DNA from: Candidatus Electronema aureum
GTDB lineage: Bacteria > Desulfobacterota > Desulfobulbia > Desulfobulbales > Desulfobulbaceae
DNA: 32,000 bases
Assembly (NCBI GenBank): GCA_004284765.1
Contig: NQJD01000020.1
Span: forward strand, 1-32,000
Direction of reading: 5' to 3'
The position numbers were made by a program, and so were the translations under genes. Positions 25,368 to 32,000 of this stretch are shown one piece after another (within the stretch, counting starts at the first letter, position 1; each line of letters begins with the position of its first letter). The notes under the pieces were generated by a model that worked only from the letters and a program-made list of their open reading frames with translations, had not been told where the DNA came from and did no database searches.

Positions 25368-26840
25368 CTATTTTGTTTTCCGTACCCTTCCGGTAAATAA
25401 ATTAATCCAGAACGAGGTTTTTTCCAATGCCCAGTCCTTGGGTGGCAGCGGCGGCTGGGCTACCAAGAGAGCAAGGGTGGTTTGTGGAGCAAGGCGTTCA
25501 TAAACTCGCACCCAAAAACACCGACGTTCTGGGAAGACTTCGCAGAAACCAGAACGACTACCACCGCAGGGACCGTTGACTAAACGCTTAGGACAGCCTG
25601 CTTGAGGACAAAGAAAGGTAGCACGTGCCAAAGTGCAGTCGCCGCACATCCGACAGTTGAATAGCACGCGCTTTACTGCCCGTTCTATCAGCGTTAGAGC
25701 CGCTGTTCGCCGTTTTCCTTGAGCGCAGTAAAGGCAAAAATGGGCGAAGAGTCTGCCGGTGAGCTGCTGCTGATCAAACATCAAGCGATGACTCAAAGCA
25801 CGCATTTTGACTGAGCCGGGTTTTAAACCGGGCCGCAGCTGAGTTTCTTCCAGTATACTCGCTTTTTGTCGGTAGAAATACCACGTTTTTCTGAAGGGGA
25901 AATTCCAAGTTGCTGCTGGCAGCTCGGCCTCTTGATCGAATTGGATACATTTATCCAAGACCGTGCTGAGATCAGCAAAGCTCAGGCCGTTACCACCCAA
26001 ATGTACTCCTTGAAAACCACTGCGCTTGAGCCGAGCAATCATCATCGCTGCCCGTTCAAGACGTACCTGACTTTGTCCTGCCGCTGCTTCGTGTTCTATC
26101 TGAGTCAACAGCTCTTCAGCAAGCAGCACGCCTGGCACTTTGCCAGCAGCCATTGCTCGCGCCACGGGCAACGAAGGAATAAAAACATTGGCCAGCACGG
26201 GTAAAGTGATACCACTTCGCCGAACAAAGGTTATCAGCTCATTAAACTTGTGGAGATCAAAGCCCAGTTGACTGATGATGAAGTCTGCTCCAGCCTCTAC
26301 TTTGTGCCGTAGCTGCACGTACTGCCAAACTTGCTCGGCCTCAGTTGCTTTGAAAGGCGAAACCACGCAGCCTTTAAACAGTGGCTGCACCTCTGCATCT
26401 CCGCCAAGGAAACGGCCTTGCTCCATGTCCCGCAGGAGACGAAGAGTCTGGATGCTGTCTAAATCAAACACGGGCCGCGCTTGACCGTAATAGCCCGGCT
26501 TTGGAAAATCACCGCCCAGCACTAAAAGCGAGTGCAGACCTAATCGCTGATAGAGATAGATGTGACTAACCACCTGATCCCGGTTTTTATCCTTGAGGGA
26601 GAAGTGGATCAGCGGCTCAATACCGATGTTGAGCAGCTCTTCGCCAATGGCTGCCGGAGCCAAGGCTGGGCTACCGCCGGGATTATCTGTGACCGACAAA
26701 GCACTGACCCTGCCGTCTGCCTTGACGTGGCGAGCAAAATCAAGCATCCGCTCCACTCGTCTGCCACCGCTGCTTTGTCCAGGTACCAGCTCGTAGGTGA
26801 TGATGAATTCATGCGGACGTTGAAGCGCTGTTTTGAGCAT
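25368..26840 (-). CDS. metF: methylenetetrahydrofolate reductase fused to a Cys-rich C-terminal (MetV/MTHFR_C-like) domain
   Basis: The N-terminal ~300 aa form an MTHFR-like TIM barrel (ELVPG.., SVTDNPGGSPAL, LVLGGDFP). The C-terminal ~190 aa carry CRMCGDCTLARATFLCPQAGCPKRLVNGPCGG, the pattern of the MTHFR C-terminal zinc/FeS-type domain. Confidence 0.8.
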   Translation of the reverse strand: MLKTALQRPHEFIITYELVPGQSSGGRRVERMLDFARHVKADGRVSALSVTDNPGGSPALAPAAIGEELLNIGIEPLIHFSLKDKNRDQVVSHIYLYQRLGLHSLLVLGGDFPKPGYYGQARPVFDLDSIQTLRLLRDMEQGRFLGGDAEVQPLFKGCVVSPFKATEAEQVWQYVQLRHKVEAGADFIISQLGFDLHKFNELITFVRRSGITLPVLANVFIPSLPVARAMAAGKVPGVLLAEELLTQIEHEAAAGQSQVRLERAAMMIARLKRSGFQGVHLGGNGLSFADLSTVLDKCIQFDQEAELPAATWNFPFRKTWYFYRQKASILEETQLRPGLKPGSVKMRALSHRLMFDQQQLTGRLFAHFCLYCAQGKRRTAALTLIERAVKRVLFNCRMCGDCTLARATFLCPQAGCPKRLVNGPCGGSRSGFCEVFPERRCFWVRVYERLAPQTTLALLVAQPPLPPKDWALEKTSFWINLFTGRVRKTK

Positions 26841-26996
26841 AATCTTTGCAGCAAATGGGAAAAAGAACGAGATGCAAGGTCAAGATGCGATACTCTTGCG
26901 CCTGCTCAAGAACGTAGGAATGACAAAAAGAAGCCTGATGAATCAAAAGGAACGTACAACAGAAGTGCTACGCGGGAAGATGATGCTGCGGAATAT

Positions 26997-27072
<76 letters not shown>

Positions 27073-27086
27073 TCCAAACGGAGGCC

Positions 27087-27115
27087 ATAATAGCCTTGAT
27101 TTGTTCTGCTGTCAA
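27087..27115 (-). promoter_or_regulatory. near-consensus sigma70 promoter for tRNA-Ala (TTGACA-N17-TATTAT)
   Basis: Minus strand: TTGACA (27115..27110), 17-nt spacer gcagaacaaatcaaggc, TATTAT (27092..27087). 14 nt lie between the -10 and the mature tRNA 5' end. Confidence 0.5.
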
Positions 27116-27189
27116 GCGGTAATTTCCACAGAAAAGTCGGAATGCAGAAAAAAACAATCAGCTGTTGACCGCCTGCTGCTGAAAAGGGC

Positions 27190-27218
27190 TTGCATTTTTT
27201 GCAGGGGAGATGTATGAA
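27190..27218 (+). promoter_or_regulatory. candidate sigma70 promoter for rpmB (TTGCAT-N17-TATGAA)
   Basis: TTGCAT at 27190..27195, 17-nt spacer, TATGAA at 27213..27218. About 48 nt upstream of the rpmB ATG. Divergent from the tRNA promoter. Confidence 0.4.
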
Positions 27219-27265
27219 TAACAATTCAAAATTTCACGAACAACCCCCTGCAAGGAGAACATATC

Positions 27266-27460
27266 ATGTCGTATAAATGTGAAATCTGTGGAAAAGGCCC
27301 GGCCACTGGCAATATTGTCAGTCATGCACACAACAAAAGCAGACGACGTTGGCTGCCAAATTTGCAGACAGTTCGCTCTGTCAGCGGCAGCGGTCGCACG
27401 GCCCGCATCCGGGTTTGTACCCGCTGTATTCGTTCCGGCGCGGTGGTTAAGCCTGCTTGA
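27266..27460 (+). CDS. rpmB: 50S ribosomal protein L28
   Basis: MSYKCEICGKGPATGNIVSHAHNKSRRRWLPNLQ.. is a typical L28. AAGGAGA SD 7 nt upstream. Confidence 0.95.
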   Translation: MSYKCEICGKGPATGNIVSHAHNKSRRRWLPNLQTVRSVSGSGRTARIRVCTRCIRSGAVVKPA

Positions 27461-27486
27461 TCTTTTGAGAGCGCAGTGTGTGCAAA

Positions 27487-27519
27487 GGGCGCGGAGAGCT
27501 TCTTTCCGGCCCTTTTTTT
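27487..27519 (+). terminator. rho-independent terminator after rpmB
   Basis: GGGC(G)CGGA-gagcttctt-TCCGGCCC (8 bp with one bulged G) followed by TTTTTTT. Confidence 0.7.
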
Positions 27520-27548
27520 ATTTCATGACCTTGTGACAGGAGGAACTT

Positions 27549-27803
27549 GTGAGCAACGAGGAAATACGTTTTTTGCCTTTTGATGAAGCCAGTCAGTTAG
27601 TCGGTGCTATTCAAGAGGAAGAGGATGTTGATGACCCGGATCACCGTATTTTTACGGTGTACTCCAAGGATGATCGCGAACTTTGCTGGTTTGACTTTGA
27701 TGAAGTAGTCAAGGATGTTAAGCCGGTCAAAGGTGACAAGGGGCGGGAGCAGGTGACAGAATACATTCTGCACCGTATTCCCGACTGGGTGCTTGATCTG
27801 TAA
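27549..27803 (+). CDS. small acidic hypothetical protein (84 aa)
   Basis: GTG start with AGGAGGA 4 nt upstream. Asp/Glu-rich (EEEDVDDPD, FDFDEVVKD). Bracketed by its own upstream and downstream terminator-like hairpins. No family recognised. Confidence 0.5.
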   Translation: MSNEEIRFLPFDEASQLVGAIQEEEDVDDPDHRIFTVYSKDDRELCWFDFDEVVKDVKPVKGDKGREQVTEYILHRIPDWVLDL

Positions 27804-27808
27804 TAGAA

Positions 27809-27835
27809 GCCGCTGCTTCCGTAGCAGCGGCGTTT
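27809..27835 (+). terminator. stem-loop after the small acidic ORF
   Basis: GCCGCTGC-ttccgta-GCAGCGGC (perfect 8 bp) followed by gttt. The U-tract is weak. Confidence 0.45.
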
Positions 27836-27979
27836 CCGCAGTTCCCCCGCAGTTGAGGCCAGTTGTGCTATCAGCGTTCTGATGAGAATATTTCCTATTC
27901 CTACCCAGTACGTTCTGTTATACTACCGAGTAGCGCAAAAGGACCATCAGCACAGGAGGAACTCAATCGGCAGGAACTC

Positions 27980-29092
27980 ATGATCATCAAAGGTTATTCA
28001 TCAATTCCTGAACGACTGCATTTAGTCGTTACTGGCGAAACCGGCAAGGCTCTGTCTTTTGTTATTGAGCGGGATCGGGCCGCAGTAATTCTGGCAGTGC
28101 TGCTTTTTCTCATGACTGCTTTAACCGTTGGCACTTGGTTAGGAACACGGTTCTTTCAGGAAAAAAGAGTGCTGGCTGTCAAGGCGGTTAGCCAAGAACG
28201 AGAGCTGAAATCCTTTCACAGCGATTTTGAGGGGCAGCTCCAGCAAGAGCTGGCTATTCGTGAGCGCAATTGGCAGGAACAGGCTGCTGCTTATCAGACC
28301 CAGATCAACTCACTTCAACAGGAAAAAAAAGCTACTGCCCAGCACTTCAGCGCAGAGCAGGAACGATTGATCTGCCGCTACGAAGAAGAACTATCCACTA
28401 TCAGCACCGCTGGTTCAGCGAAAACAGCGCATCTACTGGCCGAGTTGGAGCAGGCGCAACAGGACAAGCAGGAGCTGATCGAGAAAACTGCGGGCCGTTT
28501 AGATGAGCGCAGTCGGATGATCGAAACCATGATGAGCCAGATCGGCGTGGATGTCAAGGTGAGCAAAAAGCCTAACTCCAACAGCGGTGGCCCCTTTGTG
28601 GCGGTAACTTTTGATGAACGCTCCAGCGAGCGGCTCCTAAATCGGAGTGATCGCTATATCAAGGCGATCCAGCAGATGCCCTTAGGTCTGCCCGCACGAG
28701 GCAGAATCACCAGTGGTTTTGGTCGTCGCAGCGATCCTTTCAACGGCCTGCTTGCTTTTCATGCCGGGATTGACTTCAAGGGCGGCATCGGCGACAATGT
28801 CACAGCGACTGCCGAGGGCGTGGTGAAAGAAGCAGGCTGGGATCAGGGTGGATTTGGCAATTATGTGGTTGTGCGACACGGTAATGGCTACGAAACTTTG
28901 TTTGCCCATTTGAGTAAAACGCTGGTCAGTACAGGTGACGCAGTCAGTCGGGGAGATGCAGTCGGACTGTTGGGTAACAGCGGTCGCTCCACCGGCCCCC
29001 ATTTGCATTATGAAGTTCACTACAAAGGCAAAGCGGTTGATCCGGAAAAATATCTTTCCGTCGCCGATCTTTCGTTTATTGTGCCTATGTGA
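27980..29092 (+). CDS. M23-family (LytM-type) peptidase with N-terminal anchor and coiled coil
   Basis: C-terminus has FHAGIDF, GNYVVVRHGNGYETLFAHL, GNSGRSTGPHLHYEV (HxxxD and HxH metal ligands). TM segment AAVILAVLLFLMTALTVGTWLG, then a Q/E-rich coiled coil. The start is uncertain: ATG at 27980 with only a weak GGAA SD, while the track ORF starts at a TTG at 27863. Confidence 0.85.
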   Translation: MIIKGYSSIPERLHLVVTGETGKALSFVIERDRAAVILAVLLFLMTALTVGTWLGTRFFQEKRVLAVKAVSQERELKSFHSDFEGQLQQELAIRERNWQEQAAAYQTQINSLQQEKKATAQHFSAEQERLICRYEEELSTISTAGSAKTAHLLAELEQAQQDKQELIEKTAGRLDERSRMIETMMSQIGVDVKVSKKPNSNSGGPFVAVTFDERSSERLLNRSDRYIKAIQQMPLGLPARGRITSGFGRRSDPFNGLLAFHAGIDFKGGIGDNVTATAEGVVKEAGWDQGGFGNYVVVRHGNGYETLFAHLSKTLVSTGDAVSRGDAVGLLGNSGRSTGPHLHYEVHYKGKAVDPEKYLSVADLSFIVPM

Positions 29093-29114
29093 CAGGTGAT
29101 GAGGAGATTGAACA

Positions 29115-29600
29115 ATGGGTTTATTCAGCAAGGAAGAGAAGGCAAAACCAAAAACAGAACCCGCCGCTGCTGCGCCGCTGCCGGAGAAAAAAATTGTGAA
29201 AAACGACAAAGACCCGATTGAGAGTGTGTTGGCCAAAGAAATGACTATTAAGGGCGAAGTTTCCTTTAAAGGGAAGGCCCGCTTCGATGGCACTATTGAA
29301 GGTAATATAACCGGAGAATACCTCATTCTCAGTGAAACAGCTAATGTCACCGGCAATATCGATGCGGCCACATTAGTTTGCCACGGCAGAGTGCAAGGTA
29401 ATATCACTGCTGAGATCGTCACGGCTCATGCCACCTCCTCAATCAACGGTATTCTTAAATCAGAAAATCTGACTGTGGAATCCGGGGCTTCCTTAGATGG
29501 CGAAATTCATGCCAGTTCCCGTAAGCAGACTCAGGTTTCTGGCCCTGATCGAGCAAAAATTCTGCTAACCCCGCCGATAGCTGAAAATCCGAAGAAATAA
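29115..29600 (+). CDS. bactofilin
   Basis: Central beta-helical repeat pattern typical of bactofilins (MTIKGEVSFKGKARFDGTIEGNITGEYLILSETANVTGNIDAATLVCHGRVQGNITAEIVTAH..LTVESGASLDGEI) with disordered Pro/Lys/Ala-rich termini. GAGGAG SD 8 nt upstream. Confidence 0.9.
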   Translation: MGLFSKEEKAKPKTEPAAAAPLPEKKIVKNDKDPIESVLAKEMTIKGEVSFKGKARFDGTIEGNITGEYLILSETANVTGNIDAATLVCHGRVQGNITAEIVTAHATSSINGILKSENLTVESGASLDGEIHASSRKQTQVSGPDRAKILLTPPIAENPKK

Positions 29601-29634
29601 CGCTGGGCAGCATGACAGCTCCCAGATGAAGGCA

Positions 29635-29672
29635 AGCGGAGGCGGTCCGAAGAGGACGGCTTCCGCTTTTTT
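29635..29672 (+). terminator. rho-independent terminator after the bactofilin gene
   Basis: AGCGGAGGCGGTCC-gaaga-GGACGGCTTCCGCT (14-bp stem with one mismatch and one G-U) followed by TTTTTT. Confidence 0.7.
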
Positions 29673-29736
29673 CTTTGCGGCATTCGCAGTTTTTTTCCGC
29701 CGCTGTCTGTGGTAGAGTATAACCGTGTGAAAACGC

Positions 29737-29766
29737 TGTAGGGGCAACCCCCTGTGGTTGTGTCCC
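29737..29766. repeat. solo, degenerate GTAG-headed REP-like hairpin
   Basis: tGTAG-GGGCAACC-ccctgt-GGTTGtgtCCC has the same head, left arm and loop as the 25126..25152 copy, with a decayed right arm. Confidence 0.6.
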
Positions 29767-29832
29767 GCAGAGCTTCCCGGCTCGCCGGAAAAAAGGCAGG
29801 CGCAGGGGCCTTCCCTTACTGGAATGTGTGCT

Positions 29833-30894
29833 ATGGCGATATTGGACAAGGTGTTCAAAGCGGCGGTTGATCTGAAAGCCTCTGACATTCACGTGCTGCC
29901 CGGCGAGCCGTTTATGGTGCGGCGGCTCGGCAAAATGATCCGGCTGAAAAGCCAGCCGCTCACCGACGCAAGCTGCCGCAAGGTGATTCTGGAGATTTTA
30001 AACCCGGAGCAGCAGCGCGTCCTCCGCGATGAGATGCAGTTAGATTTCGCCTATGACGTGGAAGGCTTGGGTCGTTTTCGAGGCAGTGCTATGTTTCATA
30101 ACAACGGCCTTAGCTGCATCTTCCGAGTTATTCCGGGCAAAATTCCTTCCTTCAAAGAGCTGGGTATCCCGGATGTAATGCACAAAATTTTGGAAAATCA
30201 CCAAGGCATCATCTTGGTGACAGGGGCAACAGGCCACGGCAAGACCACCACGCTGGCTTCAATGGTTGATCACATCAACAGCACCAAGGCGCATCACATC
30301 CTGACTGTTGAAGACCCAATTGAATTTGTCCACCCGCTCAAGAAAGGGGCGGTGAATCAGCGGCAAATCGGCAAGGACACCTTGGCGTATGCTAACGCCC
30401 TGAAAGGTGCGCTGCGCCAAGACCCGGACGTGATTGTGATCGGCGAGCTGCGCGATCTGGAAACGGTCTCCTTGGCTATCTCTGCTTCGGAAACTGGCCA
30501 TTTAGTTATCGGCACTTTGTCCACCTCCAGCGCGCCAAAAACCGTAGATCGGATCATTGACTCCTATCCTTCTGGTGAGCAGAATCAAATCCGGGCTATG
30601 CTCAGTGAATCTCTGAAAGCGGTCTTTACCCAGCGATTAGTGCCCAGCGCGGATGGCTCCTGTATGCATATGGCTGCTGAAATTATGCTCGGCAACCTGT
30701 CTATTGCTAACCTAATCCGTGACAACAAAACCTACCAGATTCGCTCCACTATGCAGATGGGCAGGGCTTCTGGCATGAAGCTGATGGATGAGTCGGTGCT
30801 GGAGATGTTGCAGCAGGGGAAGATCACCTATGACACTGCTAAGGCCAACATCGACAAGAAAGAGCTGCTAAAGCCCTTTGCACCCAAAGCCTGA
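29833..30894 (+). CDS. pilT: type IV pilus retraction ATPase, PilT family (paralogue 1)
   Basis: ASDIHV, GRFRGSAMF, Walker A GATGHGKTTT, TVEDPIEF, Walker B/Asp box VIVIGELRD, His box GHLVIGTLST. Start set at the ATG at 29833 (MAILDKVF..); an ATG at 29824 is also possible. Confidence 0.88.
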   Translation: MAILDKVFKAAVDLKASDIHVLPGEPFMVRRLGKMIRLKSQPLTDASCRKVILEILNPEQQRVLRDEMQLDFAYDVEGLGRFRGSAMFHNNGLSCIFRVIPGKIPSFKELGIPDVMHKILENHQGIILVTGATGHGKTTTLASMVDHINSTKAHHILTVEDPIEFVHPLKKGAVNQRQIGKDTLAYANALKGALRQDPDVIVIGELRDLETVSLAISASETGHLVIGTLSTSSAPKTVDRIIDSYPSGEQNQIRAMLSESLKAVFTQRLVPSADGSCMHMAAEIMLGNLSIANLIRDNKTYQIRSTMQMGRASGMKLMDESVLEMLQQGKITYDTAKANIDKKELLKPFAPKA

Positions 30895-30938
30895 AACCAG
30901 ATCATCACGAGCGGGACAGAAATCCACGGTAAAACATC

Positions 30939-32000
30939 ATGGCACAGATTGATTCATATTTCAACCAGATGAAAGAACGCGGGGCCAGCGACCTGCACAT
31001 GGTTATCGGCTTCCCGCCAATGCTGCGCTTGCGGGGCGAGCTGGTGCCGTTAGACGAACCAGTACTCACCCCGGAAAGCAACAAGCGTATTCTCTTTGAA
31101 ATCCTTGATCAGGATCAGCAGGCGATTATTGACAAAAACCGGGATTTCGACAAGGCGTATGCGCTGGAAGGCGTGGGTCGTTTCCGTTGCAACTTCTTCT
31201 ATCAGCAGCGAGGTCTCGGCGCGGTCTTCCGCATCATTCCGACCAAGATTTTGACCCTTGACCAGTTAGGAATGCCGGACGTGGTGAAGGGCATTGCCGA
31301 CTACGTGCGCGGCATGGTTTTAGTCACCGGGCCAACTGGCAGCGGTAAATCAACCACGATGGCGGCGATCATCGACCTGATTAACGACAAGCATCCCAAG
31401 CACATCATCACTATTGAAGACCCGCTGGAGTTTGTTCATCCTAACAAGCAGTGCGTCTTTTCTCAGCGAGAAATCGGTAGTCATGCCAAGAGCTTTGCCC
31501 AAGCCCTGAAGGTTGCCAACCGCGAGAATCCTGATGTCATTCTCGTCGGTGAAATGCGCGATCTGGAAACCATCTCGGCGGCCCTGACCTGCGCCGAACT
31601 GGGCATTCTGATCTTCGGCACGCTGCACACCAACAGCGCGGCCAAGACCATCGACCGGATCATTAATGCTTTCCCGGCTGAGGAGCAGGCCCAAACCCGC
31701 ACCATGCTGGCGGATTCACTCAAGGGCGTTATCGCCCAGCAGCTGCTCAAGACCAAAGACGGCAAAGGTCGCTGCGCTGCGGTTGAAATCCTGATCGGCT
31801 CGAACGCATTGGCCAGCATCATCCGCGAAGGCAAAATTAACCAGATTGAGTCGATGATTCAGACTGGCACCTCGCAAGGTATGCAGACAATGGATCAGTG
31901 CTTGCAGCGGCTGATTGACGAGGGCAAGATAACGGTTGAGGCAGCACGAGAGAAAGCGATCAACAAAGGCTTGTTCCCGCTGCCGGATGACGCAATGGGA
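30939..32000 (+). CDS. pilT: type IV pilus retraction ATPase, PilT family (paralogue 2), 3' end runs off the window
   Basis: Not in the ORF track because no stop is reached. Hand translation from the ATG at 30939 gives MAQIDSYFNQMKERGASDLHMVIGFPPMLRLRGEL.., Walker A GPTGSGKSTT, IEDPLEFVH, VILVGEMRD, ILIFGTLHTNSA, ASIIREGKINQI. There are 354 codons in frame to position 32000. Confidence 0.9.
   Translation, partial: MAQIDSYFNQMKERGASDLHMVIGFPPMLRLRGELVPLDEPVLTPESNKRILFEILDQDQQAIIDKNRDFDKAYALEGVGRFRCNFFYQQRGLGAVFRIIPTKILTLDQLGMPDVVKGIADYVRGMVLVTGPTGSGKSTTMAAIIDLINDKHPKHIITIEDPLEFVHPNKQCVFSQREIGSHAKSFAQALKVANRENPDVILVGEMRDLETISAALTCAELGILIFGTLHTNSAAKTIDRIINAFPAEEQAQTRTMLADSLKGVIAQQLLKTKDGKGRCAAVEILIGSNALASIIREGKINQIESMIQTGTSQGMQTMDQCLQRLIDEGKITVEAAREKAINKGLFPLPDDAMG

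Overview
About 32 kb of chromosomal DNA from a moderately GC-rich bacterium. The gene content (MetF fused to a Cys-rich MetV-like domain, an M23/bactofilin/PilT cluster, an argF-argG-argH...lysA string) suggests a Desulfobacterota-like anaerobe, but that is inference only. The housekeeping backbone is: edd, a short glmU-like gene, a SulP/STAS permease, lysC, lysA, argF/argG/argH, metF, tRNA-Ala(GGC), rpmB, an M23 peptidase, a bactofilin and two tandem pilT paralogues. There is also a five-gene minus-strand cluster: PlsC-ACP-adenylase fusion, transglutaminase-like protein, ABC ATPase, metallophosphoesterase, ABC-exporter permease. Several things interrupt the backbone and housekeeping annotation does not explain them. 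(1) A two-gene module, a Uma2-fold nuclease-like protein plus an NB-ARC/TPR STAND (NLR-like) ATPase, sits between the argH-lipoprotein unit and lysA. The ATPase N-terminus is a Gly/Asn/Gln-rich double pseudo-repeat followed by a proline linker. (2) An AT-rich 351-aa orphan gene sits between argF and argG, bracketed by a 10-bp direct repeat and carrying an outward-facing promoter-like site. (3) A phase-locked 23-nt repeat array with alternating complementary cores lies in the lysA leader. (4) Twelve strictly phased 21-bp units with CTTT-N5-AAAG palindromes lie between two cistrons of the ABC cluster. (5) GTAG-headed REP/REPIN-like hairpin doublets occur at three loci. No integrase, transposase, rRNA or CRISPR array is visible. 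All domain calls come from motif recognition by eye, and no searches were run.
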